Assembly (NCBI GenBank): GCA_963774935.1
Contig: CAVZGO010000002.1
Coordinates: 137,865 to 201,864, forward strand
Source of the DNA: an uncultured Chloroflexia bacterium
Lineage (GTDB): Bacteria > Chloroflexota > Anaerolineae > Anaerolineales > UBA4823
DNA length: 64,000 bases
Direction of reading: 5' to 3'
Shown here: in pieces, positions 19,861 through 28,563 of the stretch
How the letters are laid out: every line of letters starts with the position of its first letter
How positions within the stretch are numbered: position 1 is the stretch's first letter
Position numbers and translations under genes: made by a program
The notes under the pieces: model-generated
Told to the model about the DNA's origin: nothing
Databases searched by the model: none
What the model saw: the letters and a program-made list of their open reading frames with translations, nothing else

Positions 19861-20579
19861 CAAAATAATCCCAATTCATCCAATGCATTACGTGCAGCAA
19901 CTTTTGCAGCTGCTTGCTTGGTGGAACCAGCACCACGTCCATAAACCTCATCAGCAGCCACAACTTCTACTTCAAAGGTTTTATCATGTTCGGGACCACT
20001 GACATTTATGATATGGTAAACAGGCGGACCATACCCTTGCGACTGCACCCACTCTTGAAAAACACTTTTTGGGTCACGATCCCGGCGCTCTTCCAGTATA
20101 GGATCGATGGTCGCTGTGATCAGCGGCTCAACGAAGGCGCGCACGGCATCCATGCCAGCATCCAGGTAAAGTGCACCCACCAAGGCTTCGAACCCGGCAC
20201 AAAGCAGCGATGCTCGCTGACGCCCGCCATTTTCTTCTTCCCCACGACCGAGGTGGAGTAGCTCACCCAACCCCAACTGGCTGGAAAATTCCGCCAGCTG
20301 TTCGGTGCGGACCAGCGCTGAGCGCATGCGAGTCAGCTCGCCCTCCGCCATCTCGGGGAAATGGTTGTACAGCCAGTCGCCTGAAAGGAAATCCAGCACA
20401 GCATCGCCCAAAAATTCCAGACGCTCATTATCCTCGATGGCTTCGGGATGCTCATTGAGATAAGAGCGATGGGTTAGCGCCCGATTCAGCAGCAACAGAT
20501 TATTAAATGGCAGCTTGAGAGAATTAGCAATCTCCTGCAGATCGACATACTGCAGGGAGTCGGAATGGTGAGAACCCAT
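19860..20579 (-). CDS. rnc: ribonuclease III
   Basis: ALTHRSY...NERLEFLGDAVLDF signature plus a C-terminal dsRBD (KDPKSVFQEWVQ...GSTKQAAAKVAARNAL). Confidence 0.95.
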   Translation of the reverse strand: MGSHHSDSLQYVDLQEIANSLKLPFNNLLLLNRALTHRSYLNEHPEAIEDNERLEFLGDAVLDFLSGDWLYNHFPEMAEGELTRMRSALVRTEQLAEFSSQLGLGELLHLGRGEEENGGRQRASLLCAGFEALVGALYLDAGMDAVRAFVEPLITATIDPILEERRDRDPKSVFQEWVQSQGYGPPVYHIINVSGPEHDKTFEVEVVAADEVYGRGAGSTKQAAAKVAARNALDELGLF

Positions 20580-20749
20580 ATTTCCTCCTACGGGAACTCA
20601 CGGAACGCCAGATACCCCAAACCAGTTTGAGCCAGTATCGAGTAGCTGGCGACCCGTTAGTTCACTAAGATGTTGATAGAACAAGGTGATATTATACAAC
20701 AACTGCAACGGCTGACGCCAATTTATCTCCTGCAAGAAAAGGTATGCTC

Positions 20750-21991
20750 TTACACATATTCCTTGAGTACCAGCACCGCGTTGTGTCCACCGAAGCCGAA
20801 TGAGTTGCTGATCGCTGTCTGGATGCGCGCAGGACGCGCCTGATTCGGCACGTAATCCAGGTCAAGCAATGGGTCTGGGGTACGGTAGTTGATCGTCGGG
20901 GGAAGGATACCGTCTCGGATAGCCTGTACGCAGAAAATGGCTTCCAGTGCACCGGTGGCACCCATCAAATGACCGGTCATCGATTTGGTAGAGGAAACCG
21001 GTATCTGGTAAGCCCACTCACCAAAAGCAGCCTTGATGGCACGCGTCTCCGAAAGGTCGTTGAGCTTGGTTCCTGTGCCATGTGCGTTAATATAGTCGAC
21101 CTGGTCAGGATTTACCTGAGCTGATTTCAACGCCAGATGGATCGCTTTCGCACCACCAGCACCATTTTCTTCGGGCGCTGTAATATGATACGCATCTGCT
21201 GTCGCGGCATACCCCGCCAACTCGGCTAAAATTGCTGCACCACGCTGGCGTGCATGCTGCTCACTTTCCAGCACCAGGATGGCAGCCCCCTCGCCTATCA
21301 CCAGCCCATCACGATCCAGGTCAAATGGCTGCGGCGTGAGCTGGTGTATGCCATCCTTGCGCGACATTGCGCCGACCCGGTCGAAAGCTGCTACACCCAC
21401 CGGCGTGATGGCTGCCTCACTGGCTCCAGCGATTGCAGCATCTATGACGCCAGCGCGGATGAGCATACTGGCAATTCCAATGCCATCGGCACCAGATGCA
21501 CAGGCGGATGACACCGAAAAACTCGGCCCTTGAAAGCCGTAATCGATGCCAGTCAACCCTGCCGCCCCATTGGACATCAGCATCGGGATGGCAAATGGGC
21601 TCATACGGCGCTGCTGACCAGCCTTCACCAGGGGGATGGCTTCCTCCAAAGCGGAGACACCACCAATGGCTGCGCTGATAATGATCCCCACACGCTCAGG
21701 CTGCACATAGTCTGCGGTCAAACCAGATTCTGTGAGGGCTTCCTGTGTTGCCACTGCTGCGAGCTGCTGGTAGCGGTCACGGCGGCGCGCTTCCTTTGCA
21801 TCCAGCCAGCGTTCCGGTTGAAAGTCCTTCACTTCACAGGCAACGTGGACGTTGAAACCAGTGGTATCAAACAAAGTAATCGGACCTAAGCCGCTGTGAC
21901 CCGCCAGGAGCTTGCTCCAGGTTTCAGGGAACGAATGTCCCAGGGCGGTAATCGCTCCCATACCAGTAATGACTACTCGTGTCTCATTCAT
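20750..21991 (-). CDS. fabF: beta-ketoacyl-ACP synthase II
   Basis: 413 aa. VVITGMGAITALG, active-site SSACASG, INAHGTGTKLND and FGFGGHNAVLV. Confidence 0.95.
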   Translation of the reverse strand: MNETRVVITGMGAITALGHSFPETWSKLLAGHSGLGPITLFDTTGFNVHVACEVKDFQPERWLDAKEARRRDRYQQLAAVATQEALTESGLTADYVQPERVGIIISAAIGGVSALEEAIPLVKAGQQRRMSPFAIPMLMSNGAAGLTGIDYGFQGPSFSVSSACASGADGIGIASMLIRAGVIDAAIAGASEAAITPVGVAAFDRVGAMSRKDGIHQLTPQPFDLDRDGLVIGEGAAILVLESEQHARQRGAAILAELAGYAATADAYHITAPEENGAGGAKAIHLALKSAQVNPDQVDYINAHGTGTKLNDLSETRAIKAAFGEWAYQIPVSSTKSMTGHLMGATGALEAIFCVQAIRDGILPPTINYRTPDPLLDLDYVPNQARPARIQTAISNSFGFGGHNAVLVLKEYV

Positions 21992-22076
21992 AAGTGATAC
22001 CTATTATAGCTGTAGATGCGTGTATCGGTGACAAGCAATTATTGTCGCCAGGTCGATCGCTATAGGATATTAAATT

Positions 22077-23171
22077 CTACTCGGTAAATTTCAATCCAGA
22101 GCCAGTCAGCACAACCACCACGGGATCAGGGAGCTGGTCAAGTGATTGCTCCAGCCCATCCCAGACGATTGCCGAGGTCGGCTCTACATAAAACCCCCGT
22201 CGAGCTAACTCGTCGCGCCCTGCCAATATTTTTTCCTCCGCGACGGCAGTCATAAAACCGTGATGCTCCCGGATACATGCCAGCACAGCATCACCGTGCA
22301 TTGGGTGCAGCACGCGCACCCCTTCTGCCAGACTATCGCCTTCAGACACCCAGCTCATCCCAGCAGTGCCATATTGAAAAACTGCCCAAAGTGGAGCACA
22401 AGCCAGCGCCTGCACGCCAAGCAGCACAGGCAAGGTCGAGATTACACCACCGCGCTGCATCGCCTGAAAACCGCGCCCCAGCCCCAACAGCAGGTTGCCT
22501 TGCCCGGCAGGCAGTACCACTGCGCCAGGCGCCTGGCCAAGCTGCTCAAACAGCTCATAAGCCAGCGTGGCATATCCTGCCAGCCCGTGCGGCAGGTAGG
22601 CATGGCTGGCATACACCGGACCGTCATCGGCTGCTCGCTGAACTGCCTGAGCGGCATTGCTGCGCGGACCATCAATGTGTACCAGCTCAGCGCCATAGAG
22701 CTCAATCTGGCGGCGTTTGGCTTTCGAGCTGGAATCTGGGACGAACACCCGTGCGGCAATCCCGGCTCTGGCGGCGTAGGCGGCAAAGGATGCACCGGCA
22801 TTACCGGACGAATCTTCCACTGCTGTCAGGACGCCGCGCCCCTTCAAGAAACTCAGCAGCACCGCTGAGCCACGATCTTTGAAGGAACCAGTCGGATTGC
22901 AAAACTCCAGTTTGAAGGCTACTTGCCTGCCAATGGCTTCACCCCACACTAGCGGTGTGCCACCCTCGCCCAGACTGACCGGTGGAGTTGATTCCGCCAA
23001 TCCGAAGCTTGCCCGGTAGCGCCAGATGCCTGGCTGTGCGAGATCCACGCTTGCCAGAGCAAAATCGGGCAGCTGCTTGATGTCGTAAACGCCGGTACAG
23101 ACTGTACAACGATAAGGCGTCCCCTGCTCCGGGTAAGGTCTGCCGCAGTTACTGCACTTTACGCCTTGCAT
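22077..23171 (-). CDS. threonine synthase-like PLP-dependent (fold type II) enzyme with N-terminal zinc ribbon
   Basis: CSNCGRPY...YRCTVCTG ribbon. PLP-lysine motif NPTGSFKDRG. DSSGNAGAS glycine loop. The start lies 3 nt after the moaD-moaE stop. Confidence 0.75.
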   Translation of the reverse strand: MQGVKCSNCGRPYPEQGTPYRCTVCTGVYDIKQLPDFALASVDLAQPGIWRYRASFGLAESTPPVSLGEGGTPLVWGEAIGRQVAFKLEFCNPTGSFKDRGSAVLLSFLKGRGVLTAVEDSSGNAGASFAAYAARAGIAARVFVPDSSSKAKRRQIELYGAELVHIDGPRSNAAQAVQRAADDGPVYASHAYLPHGLAGYATLAYELFEQLGQAPGAVVLPAGQGNLLLGLGRGFQAMQRGGVISTLPVLLGVQALACAPLWAVFQYGTAGMSWVSEGDSLAEGVRVLHPMHGDAVLACIREHHGFMTAVAEEKILAGRDELARRGFYVEPTSAIVWDGLEQSLDQLPDPVVVVLTGSGLKFTE

Positions 23172-23174
23172 GGC

Positions 23175-23879
23175 TCAGTCTCCACGCACAGGGGTATACC
23201 CGCCTTCGACCCAAATTTCACCGGTGGGTGAGACTTCCTTCTTCCACACGGGCACGATTTCCTTCAAACGGTCAATGGCATAACGCGTGGCTTCGAATAC
23301 TCCCGTATCGCGATGGGCGGCACTGCAGGCGGTGATAACAGTCGGTGTGCCAGCCGGAAGATACCCGATGCGCTGAATTAAGGCGATGCCTTCGACGGAA
23401 GGCCAGCGCTGGCGGATCTCGTCCGCGATCTGGTGCAGCTTTGCCTCTGCCATGGGGATGTAGGCTTCATACTCCAGGGAGAGGGTCTGGTGGGCGTTTT
23501 CACCCTGGGTAATGGCGCGCACCATGCCGGTGAAGAGGCATACTGCCCCTGTCGATGGCAGGCTGATGCTCGCAGTCACCTGATCTAAATCCAAAGGACC
23601 TTCGACAATGGCACACAGGGTGGGCAAGGCACCACCGCCGCTGACCTGGGGGAAGAAGGCGGTTTCTGCCCCATCGCTGAGCAGGGTGTCCTCGAAGGCA
23701 AACTCTTTATTGCAGGCAGCCACGGCGTGCGTTAATGCCGGCGCCAGCACGGGGTATACCGTCGCCAGGTGAGCTTTTAGATCGGCGACGCGGGAGCCTT
23801 CGGGCAGCTCAACCAGCAGCTCGCGCTGCCCGACCAGGTCGCGCAGATTGGCAAACAGCAGCACTTTTAACCTAAGCAT
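23175..23879 (-). CDS. moaDE: molybdopterin synthase MoaD-MoaE fusion protein
   Basis: The N-terminal 83 aa are MoaD-like ([18 protein letters not shown]...FFPQVSGGG). The remainder is MoaE-like ([11 protein letters not shown]...LEYEAY..MA...IVPVWKKE). The start is placed at ATG 23879. The tracked ORF extends to 23906, inside moaC. Confidence 0.85.
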   Translation of the reverse strand: MLRLKVLLFANLRDLVGQRELLVELPEGSRVADLKAHLATVYPVLAPALTHAVAACNKEFAFEDTLLSDGAETAFFPQVSGGGALPTLCAIVEGPLDLDQVTASISLPSTGAVCLFTGMVRAITQGENAHQTLSLEYEAYIPMAEAKLHQIADEIRQRWPSVEGIALIQRIGYLPAGTPTVITACSAAHRDTGVFEATRYAIDRLKEIVPVWKKEVSPTGEIWVEGGYTPVRGD

Positions 23880-24354
23880 TATAGACATCTCCGCTGAGAC
23901 CACCATGTTTCTCCACTAGGTGGATATTTTGGATGTGCATACCCTTCTCGACCGCCTTCGCCATATCATAAACGGTCAGGGCGGCTACCGAGACGGCGGT
24001 GAGCGCTTCCATCTCCACGCCAGTCTTGCCCAGGCAGCTCACTGTGGCGGTGATGCGCACACCTGGCAGGTCAGTATCAGGTTCCAGATCGACTACTATA
24101 TGGGTTAACGGCAGCGGATGGCACAACGGGATCAATTCTGCGGTACGCTTGGCAGCCATCACCCCGGCGATGCGCGCCACGCTGAGCACATCGCCCTTTT
24201 TCAGCTTGCCAGCCTGGATCAACTGCAGCGTTCCAGGCAGCATGTGAACTTCGCCATACGCCACGGCGGTGCGCTGCGTGTCTGGCTTGGCGCTCACATC
24301 GACCATGCGCGCCTGACCGTTTTCGTCAAGGTGGGATAATTTTGAGCTCATCAT
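23872..24354 (-). CDS. moaC: cyclic pyranopterin monophosphate synthase MoaC
   Basis: [25 protein letters not shown]...[32 protein letters not shown]...[20 protein letters not shown]. Confidence 0.95.
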   Translation of the reverse strand: MMSSKLSHLDENGQARMVDVSAKPDTQRTAVAYGEVHMLPGTLQLIQAGKLKKGDVLSVARIAGVMAAKRTAELIPLCHPLPLTHIVVDLEPDTDLPGVRITATVSCLGKTGVEMEALTAVSVAALTVYDMAKAVEKGMHIQNIHLVEKHGGLSGDVYNA

Positions 24355-24363
24355 AGAATTATA

Positions 24364-26454
24364 TCAAGTCTGGTCTAATTTATCGTTCGTTGATGGTTGG
24401 CGCTCGAGGATTAACCAACCAGCCAGCAATGGACCTGCCAGCAGCGTCGGCAGGATGTATCGGGCGATCTGCCCACCGCTGAACACTGCCAGCGGCAGGG
24501 CGTTGAACAGCACCGGGACAATCACCACCAGCACCTGCCAGGAGCGCCTCCGGATTGCAGCCGCGGCGGCGCTGATGACCAGCACGTACATCCAGAAGGC
24601 ATTGCGCCAGAACAGCCAGTCGATAAACGGCTTCTCGCTAGCAAGCGTAAGCTGCTTCAGTACTGGCTGCAGCACCGGCAGGACAGGGGCAGGCTGGATG
24701 CCGAAGGGATTTTCATAAATGCGCAGCTCGACATAGCCCAGGCGTGCCAGCGGAGGTTGGAAAACTGTCAGCACGTAACCTACCTGCCTGAGCAAGAACT
24801 CCAGGCTTAGATCGGGACGCTGGCGGGTAAGGCGCAGCGCCATTTGCTGGGCAGATTGGGCATTGCGCGCCAGCTCAACCAGGTCGAAGGACTGACCACC
24901 TGGAGCGACGTGCTCAATCAAAGCCAGTTCTTCAGAGAGCAGCTCAGCGCCATTCTGGCGATGATAATCTGCCAGCAGCACAGCCCAGCCGGGGATGCCC
25001 AGGTTTTGCCCGCCGGTCTCCTGGCGCGTATTCACTCCTGCCAGGCGGTACACTGGTCCACTCACCAGCAACCACAATGCAATGCACAGCGCCAAAGCCG
25101 GCAGCAGAGGCTTCCAGCGCCGTGGGTAGCCGACTAACAGTAACAACAGCGACCCTATCGCCACCGGGGCGCCATTATGGCGGTAAAGCGCCACCAGCGC
25201 AGCCGCTAGTCCGAGCCAGAGCCAGAAAAATCGGTTTTGTAAATGCTCTCCGCGCGAAACCACCACCTGGAAGATTAACAGCACCAGCCAGATGACTGCA
25301 ATACTATAGGCGATGTCTTTCCAGGGATTTATCAGCATCAAGCCGGTGGCAGGTGATAAAGCCAGGAAAATCGCGCCTGCCCAGGCACTCCAGGCTGGTG
25401 CGCCATGACGCTGCATCAGGCTGAATCCCCAGCCCAGCAAGCCAGAAAGCAGCAAAATTTGCAGCAATACCACCGGGGCAGGTGAAAAGCCCAGCCGGGT
25501 CACCAGCCAGAGGGTCATGGTATGGAAGGCAGGATGCCAGTTGTTCAACTGCCCGGCTGCTATTTCTGTAAATTGGTCGAGAGAATCCGTGCTCAGGAAA
25601 CCCGGCCAGTAAGCCAGCAGGTAGATCAACCAGGCGACCAGCATCGGCAGCGCAAACTGCCACCAGCGATAAAACCGGACAGAATGGCGTGCTTTTGCGG
25701 CAGAGCTCTGTTGAGGCACAGCCACCCACAGGCTGAAAGCCAACAGCAGCAAACCGAGCGCGACCGTATCCACCGTTAGCAGCAATATCCGGAGCGCTTT
25801 CTCTCCTTGACTGAGGCTCACCGCCAGGAAAACATCCTGTGTACCGCCAGATGGGGCATATAAATCCAGGCTGGTTCTTTGATCGTAGTAATCAAGCTGC
25901 ATCTCACCGGACCAGGGATGAACCCCAAAGCGCACCAGCATGGGCTGGTCGCTGTAGACTGTGCAGACTAATTCTGATGGCTGGTTATAAATAGAATTAA
26001 GAAAGCCATCCCGCTGCAGCCAATCGCCGCGGCAGTAATGCTCAACTCCCCACCAGGGAGCCCGGCTGCCCGTATAGATTTGCGCCAAGAGCACCTCACT
26101 GGCTCCGGCTTGCGGATTTTTTTGCCCGGTTGCAGTGATCCGTATCTGGTTAGGATGCGGGTATACCGTGATCCCTAAGGCATACACCAAATAAAGCCCA
26201 GCCAGCAGGCAAGTAGCAATCCATGCCCAGCGCTTCAGGGGTGTGTATCCTGCCAGGCGCGGCTCGATGACATCAACTACCAGCTTATCGGCTGCCACAA
26301 TGCCCGCCAGGACGAAAATAATATAGGCAGGCAGCAGCACCAGTAACGACCAGTCCAGGCGTAAAAACTGACTGCCGACTGCCAGCGCCAATGCCAGCCC
26401 CAGGAGCAAGTCAAGCACCAGGCGGCGCCCGCGCATGCGACGAAGGTAGCTCAT
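24364..26454 (-). CDS. polytopic membrane protein, GT-C-like glycosyltransferase/polymerase candidate
   Basis: About 696 aa with more than 10 predicted TM helices. Acidic loop motif WPGFLSTDSLDQ after an early helix, as in GT-C enzymes. ATG 26454 overlaps the upstream GT4 stop (ATGA), so the tracked N-terminal extension to 26595 is rejected. Confidence 0.6.
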   Translation of the reverse strand: MSYLRRMRGRRLVLDLLLGLALALAVGSQFLRLDWSLLVLLPAYIIFVLAGIVAADKLVVDVIEPRLAGYTPLKRWAWIATCLLAGLYLVYALGITVYPHPNQIRITATGQKNPQAGASEVLLAQIYTGSRAPWWGVEHYCRGDWLQRDGFLNSIYNQPSELVCTVYSDQPMLVRFGVHPWSGEMQLDYYDQRTSLDLYAPSGGTQDVFLAVSLSQGEKALRILLLTVDTVALGLLLLAFSLWVAVPQQSSAAKARHSVRFYRWWQFALPMLVAWLIYLLAYWPGFLSTDSLDQFTEIAAGQLNNWHPAFHTMTLWLVTRLGFSPAPVVLLQILLLSGLLGWGFSLMQRHGAPAWSAWAGAIFLALSPATGLMLINPWKDIAYSIAVIWLVLLIFQVVVSRGEHLQNRFFWLWLGLAAALVALYRHNGAPVAIGSLLLLLVGYPRRWKPLLPALALCIALWLLVSGPVYRLAGVNTRQETGGQNLGIPGWAVLLADYHRQNGAELLSEELALIEHVAPGGQSFDLVELARNAQSAQQMALRLTRQRPDLSLEFLLRQVGYVLTVFQPPLARLGYVELRIYENPFGIQPAPVLPVLQPVLKQLTLASEKPFIDWLFWRNAFWMYVLVISAAAAAIRRRSWQVLVVIVPVLFNALPLAVFSGGQIARYILPTLLAGPLLAGWLILERQPSTNDKLDQT

Positions 26455-28508
26455 TCCCGCCCCCATTGCCTGACCTGCCTGAGCCAGCTTAATAATCGCC
26501 GGCTTGCCATGCCACCACGAGATAGGCGATCGACCAGGCGCGCTGACCAACGACGCTGGGCTGGTTGGAGCGTTGCCCCAGGCAATCTGAACCATTCCAG
26601 CCAGGGCTGGAGCAGTTCCTGATGATGTGCTGATAGCTGGTTAATCATTGCTTCAAGCTGATTTATAAGCTGATCTCCGGGATGTGAAGCAGGTGTTCTT
26701 TCTTCTCGGACTTCTAGCAAGGCTTCAGGAAGCTGCAATCCAATCAATCCATGGTCTTCCAGATTCCACAACTGTACGGCTTCGGTTAGTATACCTGCCT
26801 TGTCACCAAACTGCTCAAACAGTGGTGAGCCAGACTCAGTGCGCAGCATGAGGTTGAGCGGCGGTCGACCAGGTGGCAGGAGGTCGATTTGTGGTACCAA
26901 AGCAAGTGGTCGCGTGGAGAGTTGATTCCCTGTAATTTTCCAGCCAGCTACCCCTGCCACCCTGGGCTGGTTCTTCAGTGTTTGAAGCCCGGTTTGCAGC
27001 GCGTTTGCAGAGGGTATACCACCGGCTCTGATGATCATCACCGAATCTTGTGCAAGGATTGTATCCCAGGGCTGAACAGCACCTGTCTCGTCCAGTACCT
27101 GCCAGGATTTTTCCAACAGGCGACCAGAATTTGGCACACCCACATCCGCCGGAATCAGGTGAAGGATGCTTATATCCGATCCGCTGCAGGCTGCCAGGGC
27201 GCGCTGGCTAGACTGCCAGTTTTCAAGATTATTCTCTTCATCCAGGATCAGCACCAGCAGGCTGGCTGGCTCCAGCTCCACTGCAGGCTCCATCCAGCTC
27301 GATATATGCTCCTGGCGATAGAACGCCAGCGGATCGCCAATGGAATCCAATTGTGGTTTTAGCCCCAATTGCTGGCGTACATCAGGATCGTCGAGCAGAC
27401 GCTGCGCCTGTGCTGCCAATCCGGGAGCGCCAGCGTTGAAATACAATGCGTCCTGTTCGGCTAGAAAATGATCCTGGAAGGCCGGTAAGTCGGCAAGCAA
27501 GAGCGGGATTCCCGCAAGGCGAAGCTCGTGAGCTGCCAGGCAGAAGCTCTCATAGCGGCTGGGGAAAACCGCTGCCAGCACGTCAGGCAGCACTTTCTGA
27601 AGAGCTTGAGCGTCGAGAAATCCTGTAAAAGTAAAATGTGATTGCAGCTCAGCGGGCACCAGGCTGCGCAGATAAGCCGCATAGCTGGCGTATTTCGGAT
27701 CAGGCGATTCGGGTGAGTCGCCGCCAACCAGATAAAAATCTAGCTTCCGCCCCGGGTTCGCACCCAGCAATTGCAAGCCAGCCTGGATGAACACATCCGC
27801 GCCCTTCACGGGGTAAAGCCTGCCGTAATAGAGCAAGATGTGCGCATGTCCAGATTCGGCTGCACGCCGGACCGGAATTGAAACAGGAGGTGGAGAATAG
27901 ACCGCTTCCCCGAAGCAGGGCGGATCACCTCGACCGTTCGCACCGCTTAAGGATGAGGGGGTTGGATGCAGAACCACGTCTGCCAGGCGCAGGGAGGCAC
28001 TCTCCAGGGCATACAGCACCAGACGCTCCAGATTGGGCTGGCGGCGAGAAGAATACCTGTCTATCTCCTGAATAGCGCCATGAACTCGTACTGCCAGGCG
28101 GGTCTGATGGTATGCCAGCCCGGCAAGGCGGGCACACAGAGCATAATAAGCCGGACCGCAATAATCGACGAACTCGACCAGGTCGGGCTGCTCTAACTCA
28201 CATAACTGGCGAAGGGCGTAATCATAACTGACGGATTCCCATTCGTAACGTGTCAGGAAATCATCACGCCGGAACGGAGCCGTCCGGCACAGTTCCTCGA
28301 CCAGGTACGCGCGGCAATGCTCTTGACTCGCCATCTCAGAGCGGCAGTGATCCAGGAATTGACGGTACTCCAGCCGTGGCAGGTCGAGCACGAAAACCAC
28401 CTGAATGCCCTCTGCAATTAATCTAACCGCCAACTGGTAGATCAAATTACCGGCGCCACCCGGGCGCACGGGGTAAATTTCGTTGGTGACGAAACAGACT
28501 TTTCGCAT
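26451..28508 (-). CDS. two-domain glycosyltransferase: N-terminal GT4 (GT-B) plus C-terminal GT-A-like domain
   Basis: MRKVCFVTNEIYPVRPGGAGNLIYQLA start and E..C.AAHELRLAGIPLL in the GT-B C-lobe. C-terminal LLVLILDEENNLE...VMIIRAGG resembles a degenerate GT2 fold. Paralog of 28564..30702. Confidence 0.75.
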   Translation of the reverse strand: MRKVCFVTNEIYPVRPGGAGNLIYQLAVRLIAEGIQVVFVLDLPRLEYRQFLDHCRSEMASQEHCRAYLVEELCRTAPFRRDDFLTRYEWESVSYDYALRQLCELEQPDLVEFVDYCGPAYYALCARLAGLAYHQTRLAVRVHGAIQEIDRYSSRRQPNLERLVLYALESASLRLADVVLHPTPSSLSGANGRGDPPCFGEAVYSPPPVSIPVRRAAESGHAHILLYYGRLYPVKGADVFIQAGLQLLGANPGRKLDFYLVGGDSPESPDPKYASYAAYLRSLVPAELQSHFTFTGFLDAQALQKVLPDVLAAVFPSRYESFCLAAHELRLAGIPLLLADLPAFQDHFLAEQDALYFNAGAPGLAAQAQRLLDDPDVRQQLGLKPQLDSIGDPLAFYRQEHISSWMEPAVELEPASLLVLILDEENNLENWQSSQRALAACSGSDISILHLIPADVGVPNSGRLLEKSWQVLDETGAVQPWDTILAQDSVMIIRAGGIPSANALQTGLQTLKNQPRVAGVAGWKITGNQLSTRPLALVPQIDLLPPGRPPLNLMLRTESGSPLFEQFGDKAGILTEAVQLWNLEDHGLIGLQLPEALLEVREERTPASHPGDQLINQLEAMINQLSAHHQELLQPWLEWFRLPGATLQPAQRRWSARLVDRLSRGGMASRRLLSWLRQVRQWGRE

Positions 28509-28563
28509 TCTCAGTTAAGCACGCAAGTCCTGGGTTGTATCCCCAACTTTATCTTGGAAACCA

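Noticed and set aside
26451-26595. 145-nt overlap between the GT4 gene and the downstream membrane protein ORF
   Set aside because: The overlap comes from the ORF tracker using the most upstream start. An internal ATG at 26454 gives the common ATGA stop/start overlap and a sensible N-terminus (MSYLRRMRGRR followed by a TM helix).
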